64,000 nucleotides of DNA from a bacterium. GTDB taxonomy: Bacteria > Patescibacteriota > Patescibacteriia > Patescibacteriales > GWC2-42-12. Below are positions 1-8,463 of the stretch, in pieces. Position numbers and translations under genes: made by a program. Under the pieces are notes generated by a model. That model was not told the origin of the DNA, searched no databases, and was given only the letters and a program-made list of their open reading frames with translations. How positions within the stretch are numbered: position 1 is the first letter of the stretch; the number at the start of each line of letters is the position of its first letter. Location: the NCBI GenBank assembly GCA_030650415.1, contig JAUSEG010000017.1:16885-80884 (forward strand), read 5' to 3'.

Positions 1-94
1 ATATCGTAGAATAGTTTTAAATTACATCGGCGAAAAAGATTCGACTGAAGTTTCAGAACAAAACGACTCTAAGCCAGAAGCTTCTTCACCCAGG

Positions 95-1615
95 ATGGTC
101 GATGGCGTTAATTTAAATAAAATTAATCGATTTGCGTCAAAAGAGAAAGGTAAATTTGAAAAAGCGCCCGCTCAAGGAGATCAGAAGGCCGTTTCCGGCA
201 GAAACCAGGAAGAATTGATAAAGTCTGGCGAAGAAGAGCGGTTAAGAGAGGCGATTAAACGGCAAGAAGAGGGAAGAAAAAAAATAAAAGAAGAAGAAAG
301 GCAATATCAAATAAATAAGGAGCAGGAAGAAAGAAATCGGCTGGAGCAGGAGGAGAGGCAAAGGCAAGAAAAAATCAGACTGGAGGAAGAGCGTATTAGA
401 CAGGAAAAAAATAAAGAGAAAGAAAGACAGAGGGCTGAAGAAACTAAGAAATTGGTAGAGAAGAAAAAATCAGAAGATCTAATAAAAGAAGAGCAAAAAA
501 AGGCTAAAGAGAAAATTAGGCTGGAAAGTGAAAAAATCGAAAAAGAGAAAGCTAAACAGCTTGAGATTATAAAGCAGAAGCGGGAGCTGGCTGAAAAAAA
601 ATTCCGCGAAGAGCGTGAGTTAATCAAGCAGGAAGAATTAAAGAAAAAAGAAATTGTCGAACAGGCTAAACGCCAGGCGCAAGAAAAAAAGCGAGCGGAA
701 GGCATTAAAAGGTATGAAGAAAGAATCAGGCTCGAGAAGCTTAAAGAAGAAGAAAATAGAAGAATTAGAGAAAATTTTCGCTTGGAAAGAATGAGGCGTA
801 GAGAAGAGATAAAGAGGCTAAGGCTGGAAATGAAAATAAAAAGGCAGGCGGAAAGGGAAAAACGCAGAATTAAACGGCGTCGGGCTTGGAAAAAAATGAA
901 GAAAAACTTTAATTTTAAATTAAGGATTCTGCTTCTTAGGCTTAAGCAAAACATTATTTATATAGTCTCGTTCTTAGCGGTTTCTTTGGCTATTATATAT
1001 ATAGTTTTTTGCTTGGCGGTTCTAAGGTTTAATAATGGTTTTATCGGTTGGGCGGCTAATTACCTGTCGGTGCCAGCGGTTATTACCAACCAGGGTATAG
1101 TAAGCTACAGCGATTATAGAAAAATTGAGGATGAAAATTATCTGAGATTAAGTTTAGCCGAGAAAAAAAATTATTTGTCCGAGTGGGTGGTTCTGCGGAA
1201 TTTAAGGAATAAATATCGAATTTCGACCGAATCATCAGACAATAATTTGGCCATAAGGTATGTTTTGGATAAAGATTTTAATCAGGTTGGATTGTCTAGA
1301 ATAAATAAAATTAATGAATTATTAAAAGGCGGCAGCGAGTTTGAATCGTTAGGCCGATACGCGGATGAATATAGCGACGGAGCTTATTATGATAGCGCGA
1401 GCGCGACAGAGAAATTCGGCTCTAAAGGACTAGGCTTAGTCATCGGCCAAACTAGCCAAATTATACCTCAAGCCAATGGTTATTATCTAGTAGAAAGAAT
1501 TGATGATAAAAATGGCCAGCTTGGCTTAAGATATCTTTTTATTGAAGCCAAGACTTTGGATCAGTATGTCCATGAAAAATTGAATAAAACCGGAGTGTTT
1601 ATTTTGGCTGACTAA
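95..1615 (+). CDS. Membrane-anchored protein with a Lys/Glu-rich coiled-coil N-terminal half and a degenerate parvulin/PpiC-like C-terminal domain; possibly 5'-partial
   Basis: 506-aa ORF. The frame stays open from nt 2 to the ATG at 95, so the true start may lie left of the window. About 250 aa of E/K/R-rich repeats, one hydrophobic helix (IIYIVSFLAVSLAIIYIVFCLAVL). C-terminal LLKGGSEFESLGRYADEYSD...GYYLVERID resembles PpiC-type PPIase domains. Confidence 0.6.
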   Translation: MVDGVNLNKINRFASKEKGKFEKAPAQGDQKAVSGRNQEELIKSGEEERLREAIKRQEEGRKKIKEEERQYQINKEQEERNRLEQEERQRQEKIRLEEERIRQEKNKEKERQRAEETKKLVEKKKSEDLIKEEQKKAKEKIRLESEKIEKEKAKQLEIIKQKRELAEKKFREERELIKQEELKKKEIVEQAKRQAQEKKRAEGIKRYEERIRLEKLKEEENRRIRENFRLERMRRREEIKRLRLEMKIKRQAEREKRRIKRRRAWKKMKKNFNFKLRILLLRLKQNIIYIVSFLAVSLAIIYIVFCLAVLRFNNGFIGWAANYLSVPAVITNQGIVSYSDYRKIEDENYLRLSLAEKKNYLSEWVVLRNLRNKYRISTESSDNNLAIRYVLDKDFNQVGLSRINKINELLKGGSEFESLGRYADEYSDGAYYDSASATEKFGSKGLGLVIGQTSQIIPQANGYYLVERIDDKNGQLGLRYLFIEAKTLDQYVHEKLNKTGVFILAD

Positions 1616-1630
1616 GAGAAATTTAATAAT

Positions 1631-1657
1631 CAGCTCCGACGTTTTGTCGGGGCTGAT
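1631..1657 (+). terminator. Rho-independent terminator-like hairpin after 95..1615
   Basis: cagctccgac-gtttt-gtcggggctg forms a 10-bp stem (one G.T), followed by attatttat, 16 nt after the stop codon. Confidence 0.6.
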
Positions 1658-1663
1658 TATTTA

Positions 1664-1739
1664 TGGAGCCGATGGTCGGGATCGGACCGACGACCTATGG
1701 TTTACGATACCATTGCTCTACCAGCTGAGCTACATCGGC
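1664..1739 (-). tRNA. tRNA-Thr (anticodon CGU)
   Basis: The reverse complement folds as a cloverleaf: acceptor GCCGATG/CATCGGC, D-arm GCTC-AGCTGGTA-GAGC, anticodon arm ATGGT-ATCGTAA-ACCAT, T-arm GTCGG-TCCGATC-CCGAC, encoded CCA. Confidence 0.9.
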
Positions 1740-1746
1740 AAACTTT

Positions 1747-2079
1747 CTAGACTATATCATATCTGGGCATAATATCAATAGCCGGTTCTTCGTAGGGGTG
1801 GAATTTTTTTACTTCGGAGATAATTTTCTCCACCAGATTTCGATGGCAAATAATTTCAATTAATTCTTCTTTCACTTCTTCCGGCAGTCCAATCTGGCCG
1901 ACAGACGGCTGCGCTCCTGGCTTCGGAAGGAAACGTCCGGTTTGTTTCATTGAACTGCTGCAATGTTCATAGTTTCCCTGCTGGCCGGCTCCAGCCCTGC
2001 CCAAAATTTCGCGGATTTTATCCGCGGCTTCAACCGGAACGGCAATACGGATTTTTACGAAAGCAGATTCTTTCAGCAT
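1747..2079 (-). CDS. Small protein resembling the PII-like insert module (COG3323) of NIF3/YqfO-family proteins
   Basis: The track ORF is 1747..2157. I prefer the internal ATG at 2079 (MLKESAFVKIRIAVP...) because it removes a 71-nt overlap with 2087..2824. GNYEHCSS...GRFLPKPGAQPSVGQIG..EEV.E..IE pattern recalled from COG3323 proteins. Confidence 0.5.
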   Translation of the reverse strand: MLKESAFVKIRIAVPVEAADKIREILGRAGAGQQGNYEHCSSSMKQTGRFLPKPGAQPSVGQIGLPEEVKEELIEIICHRNLVEKIISEVKKFHPYEEPAIDIMPRYDIV

Positions 2080-2086
2080 AGGAAAT

Positions 2087-2824
2087 TTATTTTTTGCCGT
2101 ATATCCCTTCTTCAATTTGTCGAACGCCTTGCTTCTCGGTTTCAACTGTTTTAGCATAGGCGTCTGAATTTCTCATGGCTTCTATGATTTTTTCGTATTT
2201 AGCATCTCGCGATATCAATATTTCTTCCGCTGGCAATAGGCGAATCTGTAATTCTTTTCCCTTTTTAAAGTAATCCCAAGATTCAAAAAAATCTTTATCA
2301 TCGGGTTTCAATCTTTTTGCCAATTCCTCTAAATGATCTAACATCGACCGGACTCTTGGGAAATGAATCTCGCCGGTAAGTATCGCAACGCTTCTCCAGC
2401 TGTTCCTTCTCGCCATTTTAACCATTTCAAGCAATTCGGTTAAAGTATTTGTAGATTTTTCCTCCAACTCAATAGTTTTTTCTGATACCCCCAATCTCTT
2501 AAGTTCTTGCGCGTATGTTTCGGCGAGAGTAGGTTCGTCTTCGTAGTCGTAGCTTGTGGTTACGAGTTTTATTTTAGGAAAAAATTGTGAAATTTCCGCG
2601 GCCGCGATAACGCGAGCATGTCCACCGCCCATGGAACCATGATTATCTAAACTACTGTAAGAATCAGCACGATACATTTTTTTTTCACCAAAATTTTTAT
2701 TCCTAGCGCTTGCGGATAAAATAAAAATAGCCTTTGCATCGTCTACCATTTCACCGTATTTTTTGACTTTATTTTTTTCAGTACTTTGTTCTAACTTAAA
2801 ATTTTGTAGTTCATTTTTTCTCAT
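2087..2824 (-). CDS. DUF218 (YdcF/SanA/ElyC-like) domain protein
   Basis: 245-aa ORF. GGGHARVIAAAE ... EEKSTNTLTELLEM ... VAILTGEIHFPRVRSML matches the S-x-N-T and H-x-x-R signatures I associate with DUF218. Confidence 0.5.
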   Translation of the reverse strand: MRKNELQNFKLEQSTEKNKVKKYGEMVDDAKAIFILSASARNKNFGEKKMYRADSYSSLDNHGSMGGGHARVIAAAEISQFFPKIKLVTTSYDYEDEPTLAETYAQELKRLGVSEKTIELEEKSTNTLTELLEMVKMARRNSWRSVAILTGEIHFPRVRSMLDHLEELAKRLKPDDKDFFESWDYFKKGKELQIRLLPAEEILISRDAKYEKIIEAMRNSDAYAKTVETEKQGVRQIEEGIYGKK

Positions 2825-2886
2825 AAATTTTGTTCATAGTTAAAGTATAAATTTGATTAACATTAATAAAAGAATATTCGCATAGG

Positions 2887-2957
2887 AGCGGGATACGAGA
2901 ATCGGACTCGCGTCTCCTGCTTGGGAAGCAGATGTACTACCATTGTACTAATCCCGC
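2887..2957 (-). tRNA. tRNA-Gly (anticodon CCC)
   Basis: Reverse complement: acceptor GCGGGAT/ATCCCGC, D-arm GTAC-AATGGTA-GTAC, anticodon arm TCTGC-TTCCCAA-GCAGG, T-arm GCGAG-TCCGATT-CTCGT, 71 nt, no encoded CCA. Confidence 0.9.
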
Positions 2958-2965
2958 CTATTATT

Positions 2966-3154
2966 AAATTCGAAATCCTAAATTTTAAACTCTCATCGCT
3001 ACGCGAGATCTGGCGTAGCCATGATAAACAAATACAATCCGCCAGCTGGCGGACAAAATTCTAAATAAACTCCTAGTATTTATTGATTAGTTTAGAGTTT
3101 GGAACATTTGAATTGGGAATTTGTTTAGGGTTTAGATATTAGAATTTAGAGTTT
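2966..3154. repeat. AT-rich word-repeat element (homologous to 39450..39583) carrying two nested GC-rich hairpin insertions
   Basis: Shares aaatcctaaa..aaactc / taaacaaatacaa / aaattctaa and ...gaatttgtttagg(g)tttagatattaga..tttagagttt with 39450..39583. It is interrupted by tcatcgctacgcgagatctggcgtagccatga (2993..3024) and the perfect palindrome tccgccagctggcgga (3038..3053). Confidence 0.8.
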
Positions 3155-3183
3155 ATTTGTAAGTATGTTATAATTATATTTGT

Positions 3184-4797
3184 ATGGTGAGACAAAGTCA
3201 AATTTTTGCAAAGATAATAGTATTCTTTCTAATATTACTGCTGGCTCAAATGGCCGGTGGTTTTATTTACGCTTCTGAACCGGCGGCGCAAGATGAAAAT
3301 TCGTTTTTCATTAATATTAATAAGGCCACCGCCGATAAGGGCTATGCCATAAAAGCTTTGGCCGGTCAGTTTAGCCTTTCTTTACCCAAGGGAATTTTAA
3401 AAGACGCTACCGGAGTGGAAATAAAAAAAGTTAATGAAGATATGGATTTGCCTTGGCAGCTGGAAAAATTAAGCGAAATTTATCAGTATGAAATTATTAA
3501 TAAAACGGCTTATGACGGTAAAAAACCGCTAACGGTTGAGATTAAATATAATCAAGCGTCTTATTACTATAAGCAAGTTTATTTTTACGACAAAAATTAT
3601 TCTTCTTGGCGGCCGCTTTCCTGCAAGGAAATTTTTGACAAAAGTTCCGTTAGATGCGAAGTGCCGTTTAATTTCGCCCGATTGGCCGTCTTCGCCAATC
3701 CCAATGTCTTAGCCATCGGCAAAGCCAGCTGGTATAGCTACAAAAAAGGCAACTTTACAGCCTCGCCGGATTTTCCCAAAGGTTCAAAATTGCGTGTCTA
3801 TAATTTGGATAACGGTAAATTTGTAGATGTGGTAGTCAATGACTTCGGGCCGGAAAGAAAATTGCATCCTGATCGGGTGGTTGACTTGGAAAAAACCGCT
3901 TTTAGTAAAATTTCCAATATAAAACAGGGAACCATTAAAGTCAGAGTTGAACTCATTTCTCTTGGAGTTAAGTCCGAAAGATTATTTGGCATAAGCAATC
4001 AGGGAGCAAAAAACCAACCGGTGATAACGGCTAAGTCGGCTATTGTTATGGATGAACAGACCGGAGATATTCTATGGCAGAAGAACGCGACCAGCACTCT
4101 ACCTTTAGCCAGTCTTACAAAACTCGTTGCTATTAGAGCTTTTTTAGATACCAGGCCGAGCTTGAATAAAATAGTCGCTTACAGTATTAGAGATGAAGAA
4201 TATAATTATGAATATGTAAATAAATGGGAGTCGGCCAGGTTAAAATTAGCCGACGGCGATACTCTAACCATCGAAGATTTACTTTACGCGGCCTTAGTGG
4301 GTTCAGCCAATAACGCGGTTGAAACCCTAGTGCGCTCGAGCGGTTTAACCCGCAGTGAATTTATTAAGAATATGAATGATCTAGCGGCCGGTTGGGGCGC
4401 GTCAGCGACTCATTTTATCGAGCCGACCGGCTTGGCGCTGGAGAATGTGAGTTCGGCTTATGATTATGCTATAATAAGTAAGGAGGTTTATACTCATCCG
4501 ATTATTCAGAAGGCCAGCACCATGTATAAATATAAATTTACCACTCTGAACACTAATAAAGCCCATACCATAGTTAATACCGATAAACTTTTAGAAGTCA
4601 GCAGTTTAAACATCACCGGCTCTAAGACCGGCTACTTGGACGAAGCGCAATATTGCTTAATGGCCAGAGCTGCCAATAAGAAAGGCGGGCAAGTTATCGC
4701 CGTTATCATGGGAGCGGATAGCCGAGAGAAAAGCTTTGCCGAAACCGAAGAGCTTTTAAAGTATGGATTAAAAAATTGGACGCTGGTTATTAAATAA
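3184..4797 (+). CDS. Fusion protein: RlpA-like double-psi beta-barrel domain plus D-alanyl-D-alanine carboxypeptidase (peptidase S11, PBP5-like)
   Basis: N-terminal hydrophobic signal. ASWYSYKKGNFTASPDFPKGSKLRVYNLDNGKFVDVVVNDFGP is RlpA/DPBB-like. The C-terminal half has SLTK (SxxK), SANN (SxN) and KTGY (KTG). Confidence 0.8.
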   Translation: MVRQSQIFAKIIVFFLILLLAQMAGGFIYASEPAAQDENSFFININKATADKGYAIKALAGQFSLSLPKGILKDATGVEIKKVNEDMDLPWQLEKLSEIYQYEIINKTAYDGKKPLTVEIKYNQASYYYKQVYFYDKNYSSWRPLSCKEIFDKSSVRCEVPFNFARLAVFANPNVLAIGKASWYSYKKGNFTASPDFPKGSKLRVYNLDNGKFVDVVVNDFGPERKLHPDRVVDLEKTAFSKISNIKQGTIKVRVELISLGVKSERLFGISNQGAKNQPVITAKSAIVMDEQTGDILWQKNATSTLPLASLTKLVAIRAFLDTRPSLNKIVAYSIRDEEYNYEYVNKWESARLKLADGDTLTIEDLLYAALVGSANNAVETLVRSSGLTRSEFIKNMNDLAAGWGASATHFIEPTGLALENVSSAYDYAIISKEVYTHPIIQKASTMYKYKFTTLNTNKAHTIVNTDKLLEVSSLNITGSKTGYLDEAQYCLMARAANKKGGQVIAVIMGADSREKSFAETEELLKYGLKNWTLVIK

Positions 4798-4812
4798 ATT
4801 CTTATTTGCATT

Positions 4813-5493
4813 ATGATAAAGTTAGAAAATATTTCAAAAATCTATCCGCCGGATATTAAAGCTCTATATAAAGTTAACCTGCATATTAAGCCGGGCGAAT
4901 TTGTTTCCATCGTCGGCCGATCAGGCACGGGGAAAACTACCTTAGTTAAACTTTTAATCGGCGAAGAAAGGCCGAGCCAGGGGAAAATTATCGTTGGCGG
5001 CTGGGATATTACCAATATCGGCCAAGCGGAAGTTCCGGTTTTGCGTCGGCAGATTGGCGTAGTTTTTCAGGATTTTAAATTGCTTAACCGCAAGACTTTG
5101 TTTGAAAATGTCTGCTTCGCTTTGCAGGTTTGCGGCGAACCGCAGAGTAAGATTAACGGCATTGTGCCCCAAGTTCTAAAGATTGTCGGTTTGGAGAATA
5201 AGATGCATCGCTATCCCTCAACCGTTTCCGGGGGCGAGCAGCAGCGCGCCGTGATCGCCCGCGCCTTAGTGCATCGGCCAAAGATTCTTTTAGCCGATGA
5301 GCCGACCGGCAATCTGGATTCTATCAACGCCGATGAAATTATTGAAATTTTGCAGAAGATTAATAAATTCGGTACGACCGTTCTGCTTGTTACCCATAAT
5401 CGTGATGTAGTTAATAAATTAAGAAAAAGAGTTATTACCATTGAAAATGGGCTAATCGTCGGCGATCAAGCGGTGGGAAAATATATATTATAA
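4813..5493 (+). CDS. ftsE: Cell division ATP-binding protein FtsE
   Basis: Walker A GRSGTGKTT, signature SGGEQQR, Walker B LLADEPT, 226 aa, upstream of ftsX. Confidence 0.9.
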   Translation: MIKLENISKIYPPDIKALYKVNLHIKPGEFVSIVGRSGTGKTTLVKLLIGEERPSQGKIIVGGWDITNIGQAEVPVLRRQIGVVFQDFKLLNRKTLFENVCFALQVCGEPQSKINGIVPQVLKIVGLENKMHRYPSTVSGGEQQRAVIARALVHRPKILLADEPTGNLDSINADEIIEILQKINKFGTTVLLVTHNRDVVNKLRKRVITIENGLIVGDQAVGKYIL

Positions 5494-5498
5494 AACCT

Positions 5499-5603
5499 TT
5501 AAAAACTTTTTAAGAAAAAGTTTTTAATATTTTCAAAAAATATATGGTATCAAATAAAAATCTTACAGCGAGCAAAGCTCTACGGCCGTAAGATTTTTAT
5601 TTG
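5499..5603. other. Two perfect hairpins in the ftsE-ftsX spacer
   Basis: ttaaaaacttttt-aag-aaaaagtttttaa (5499..5527, 13-bp stem). caaataaaaatcttac...gtaagatttttatttg (5551..5603, 16-bp arms). Confidence 0.7.
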
Positions 5604-5626
5604 ATGATTAATAAATATTATATTTT

Positions 5627-6541
5627 ATGTTTTTATTATCAATTTTAAGAGTCATAAAATTCAGCCTGCAAGACTTTGTCCGTAATATTTGGCTGTCGGT
5701 TATAACGATTATAATTATAGTTTTAGCTTTAATTTCCGTAAATCTTTTACTGGTGGTTAAAGTTTTGGGCACGGCAACCGTCAACGCGGTTAAAGAAAAA
5801 GTTGATATCAGCTTGTATTTAAAATCAGAGTCCGAGGAAAGCCGTATCTTAGCTTTAAGGAGTAAAATTAGTTCCCTGGGCTCGGTTCAAGAAGTTATAT
5901 ACATATCCAAGCAGGAAGCAATCGATAGTTTCAGGGAAAAGCATAAAAACAACCCGGAAATTTTAGCGGCGCTTCTGGAATTAGGCAGAAATCCGCTTTC
6001 TCCGAGCCTAGTAATTAAACCTAAGGATATAAATAATTACGAAGAATTAATTGTCAGCTTAAATAAGATTGATGATCAGCTGATTGAGTCAAGGAATTTT
6101 GACGATCACCGAGCCATGCTGGCAAAAGTTAATGATATTACCGAGAAGGCTTCCCGGGTCGGACTGGCGATCAGTTTGCTGTTTATTTTAATAACTATTC
6201 TGGTGGTTTATAATACGGTGCGCGTGGCTATTTATACTCATAAGAGAGAAATTGGCATTATGAAATTAGTCGGCGCTTCAAATTGGTTTATTCGCGCGCC
6301 CTATTTAATTTCCGGAATAATTTACGGCTTTCTGGGGGTAGTGGCGATAATAATTATTCTCTATCCGCTGCTAAGTTTTATTCAGCCATATCTCGAAGTT
6401 TTCTTTTACGGTTTTAAAGTGAATATTTTAGAATATTATAATAGTAATTTTTTTACAATTTTCGGCCTGGAATTTTTAGCCGTAACTTTAGTAAACTTTT
6501 TAGCCAGCTTAGTGGCGGTAGGGAAATATTCTAAAGTGTAA
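5627..6541 (+). CDS. ftsX: Cell division permease-like protein FtsX
   Basis: 304 aa: N-terminal TM helix, extracytoplasmic domain, three C-terminal TM helices. REIGIMKLVGAS motif; follows ftsE. Confidence 0.85.
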   Translation: MFLLSILRVIKFSLQDFVRNIWLSVITIIIIVLALISVNLLLVVKVLGTATVNAVKEKVDISLYLKSESEESRILALRSKISSLGSVQEVIYISKQEAIDSFREKHKNNPEILAALLELGRNPLSPSLVIKPKDINNYEELIVSLNKIDDQLIESRNFDDHRAMLAKVNDITEKASRVGLAISLLFILITILVVYNTVRVAIYTHKREIGIMKLVGASNWFIRAPYLISGIIYGFLGVVAIIIILYPLLSFIQPYLEVFFYGFKVNILEYYNSNFFTIFGLEFLAVTLVNFLASLVAVGKYSKV

Positions 6542-6557
6542 TTAGGATGATAGCCGT

Positions 6558-6686
6558 CTCTTTTTTCGTCAGTTAGCATTGTTCGGGCTGGAGGACGACT
6601 TTAGAACGATGGACTGGGTGGAAGTTAGGGAAAATCTAAAGTTTGCCGCCTGTAATTTAAAATGCTTAAAAGATGTTTTCGGTTAA
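6558..6686 (+). repeat. Direct repeat copy A (coding-like remnant ending ...DDFRTMDWVEVRENLKFAACNLKCLKDVFG*)
   Basis: About 95 nt align at about 85% identity with 8368..8463, and ttttttcgtca is shared further upstream. Both copies end in TAA in the same frame, and several differences are synonymous (gtt agg vs gtc cga = VR). Confidence 0.75.
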
Positions 6687-7633
6687 ACAAAATTAAACAA
6701 ATATCCAATAATAATTATACCGAGAGTAACCGTGCCAAAGAATATGGCCAGTAATTTCATTGTCATAACCCTTTTTAGCATTATTGCTTCCGGTAGTGAC
6801 AACCCGGCGATAGCCATCATAAAAGCTAAGGCAGTGCCCAAAGGTATGCCTTGAACGGTTAAGGCAAAAACGATTGGCACGAGAGTTGAACATCCGGCAT
6901 AAATCGGAACGCCAATTAAGGTAGCGATCGGCACGGCCCAGATTGAATTAATGCTAAGATAGTGCCTAAAGAAATCTACCGGAACATACCCATGTATTAA
7001 AGCGCCAATTCCTACGCCGATAGCAATAAACAACCAAAGTTTTTTGAAAGTGGTAAAACTCTCATTTAACGAATACTGGATCTTCCCCTCTATGCTCTTG
7101 GGTAGATATTCAAGAGACAGGATCTCTCCTCCGTTATCATCAAATTTCAAAATTATTTCTTTTTCTAATTTCATCTTGCCAATTATTAGGCCGGCAACAA
7201 CGCCTAGAATAATCCCAGCCAAAGCGTAAAGGGTGGCTATCCTCCAGCCAAAAGTTCCCCCTATTAGCACAAAGACAACTTCATTTACTAGCGGAGAAGT
7301 AATAATAAAGGAAAAGGCTATGCCCAGGGGCATTTCCGCTTTTAAAAAGCCGATAAAAATCGGGACAGACGAGCAAGAACAAAAAGGCGTAACCGCCCCA
7401 AGAATTGAAGCGGCAATATTTCCAATGCCAAATTTTTGTTTGGCGAATGTTTCTTTCAACTTATGCGGCGATAGAAACGTGCGGATAAAAGCAATTACCG
7501 CGATAATAGCTAAAACAAGAAGATATATTTTAACCGTGTCATAAACAAAAAAGTTTATACTGCTACCTGCCCTTGAGGCGGGATCAAGATGAAATATAGA
7601 ATAAACTAACCAATTGGCAAATTGCTGAATCAT
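6683..7633 (-). CDS. Permease, COG0701/DUF318 (YraQ/ArsP-like) family
   Basis: 316 aa, about 8 TM helices. The TPFCSCSSVP motif is typical of this family. Last gene of an ArsR-headed three-gene unit. Confidence 0.7.
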   Translation of the reverse strand: MIQQFANWLVYSIFHLDPASRAGSSINFFVYDTVKIYLLVLAIIAVIAFIRTFLSPHKLKETFAKQKFGIGNIAASILGAVTPFCSCSSVPIFIGFLKAEMPLGIAFSFIITSPLVNEVVFVLIGGTFGWRIATLYALAGIILGVVAGLIIGKMKLEKEIILKFDDNGGEILSLEYLPKSIEGKIQYSLNESFTTFKKLWLFIAIGVGIGALIHGYVPVDFFRHYLSINSIWAVPIATLIGVPIYAGCSTLVPIVFALTVQGIPLGTALAFMMAIAGLSLPEAIMLKRVMTMKLLAIFFGTVTLGIIIIGYLFNFV

Positions 7634-7643
7634 AAATTATATT

Positions 7644-7925
7644 TTAGCAACAGCTTTTATTAGTATCACTTCCGCAACAGTCTTTTTCCTCGGATTTTGG
7701 GTTGGTGTCACAAACACTATCCCCGCAACAGCTGCCGTCAGTTTTTTCAGAGCCTTTAAAAACATTCTTAACAAAATTTACAGCGGAAAATTCTTGTTTA
7801 ATATTTTTTGACTGGCATTTCGGGCAAGTAAATTTTTCGCTTTTACCCTCTTCTTTTTCCTTAATTGATGCCTTAACATCAAATACTTCGCCGCAGTCAG
7901 AACATTTGTAAGTGTAAGTTGCCAT
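7644..7925 (-). CDS. FmdB-type zinc-ribbon protein with Cys-rich (metallothionein-like) tail
   Basis: YKCSDCGEVF...FTCPKCQS gives CxxC...CxxC. The last 30 aa carry 8 Cys (SCCGDSVC...DCCGSDTNKSCC). Confidence 0.7.
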   Translation of the reverse strand: MATYTYKCSDCGEVFDVKASIKEKEEGKSEKFTCPKCQSKNIKQEFSAVNFVKNVFKGSEKTDGSCCGDSVCDTNPKSEEKDCCGSDTNKSCC

Positions 7926-7950
7926 AGATTTTAAGATTAATTAATAATTA

Positions 7951-8241
7951 TTAAAACGAATTGTCTTTTTTTACGTTCAAAATATTATCTATCGTTTTCT
8001 TCAATTCTATTAATGTTTTTTTGTTTAAAGAATAATATACCCATTTGCCATCTTTGCGGTCTACGATAAAACCACTTTCTCGTAAAATACCTAAATGGTG
8101 GGAAGTAAGATTTTGCGGCAAGCCAAATTTCTTAAAAATATTACAAACGCATTTTTCTCCGGAAGCCAAATAATTAATAATCTTGAAACGAATATTATTA
8201 CCTAATACGCAACAAAGTTCGTGTGATTTTTTTGATGTCAT
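7951..8241 (-). CDS. ArsR/SmtB-family metalloregulator
   Basis: 96 aa. ELCCVLGNNIRFKIINYL...CVCNI...LPQNLTSHHLGILRESGFI is a winged HTH with Cys pairs at the usual metal-site positions. Confidence 0.85.
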   Translation of the reverse strand: MTSKKSHELCCVLGNNIRFKIINYLASGEKCVCNIFKKFGLPQNLTSHHLGILRESGFIVDRKDGKWVYYSLNKKTLIELKKTIDNILNVKKDNSF

Positions 8242-8246
8242 ATTAT

Positions 8247-8268
8247 CATATCAAATTATATTGATATG
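8247..8268. promoter_or_regulatory. Candidate ArsR operator (8-6-8 perfect inverted repeat)
   Basis: catatcaa-attata-ttgatatg begins 6 nt upstream of the arsR-family start codon. Confidence 0.45.
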
Positions 8269-8278
8269 TTATCTTATT

Positions 8279-8463
8279 TTTATTTTTTCGTCAAATTAAT
8301 TATATTCTCTACCTGTAATTACAAAAAAGCGCTCTAATATTAGAGTGCTTTCTATTTACTCGGATTGGCCGACGACTTTAAAACGATGAATTGGGTTGCA
8401 GTCCGAGAAAATCTAAAGTTCGCCGCCTGTAATTTAAAATACTTAAAAAATATTGTTGGCTAA
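8279..8463 (+). repeat. Direct repeat copy B (remnant ending ...DDFKTMNWVAVRENLKFAACNLKYLKNIVG*)
   Basis: Second copy of the 6558..6686 repeat, with an extra ~50 nt that contains the palindrome ctctaatattagag. Confidence 0.75.

Noticed and set aside
307-954. 215-aa minus-strand ORF (Ser/Phe/Leu-rich) antisense to the K/E-rich gene
   Set aside because: It is the mirror image of the purine-rich gaa/aag/aga repeats of the + strand gene. It is low complexity with no start context. A typical antisense artefact.
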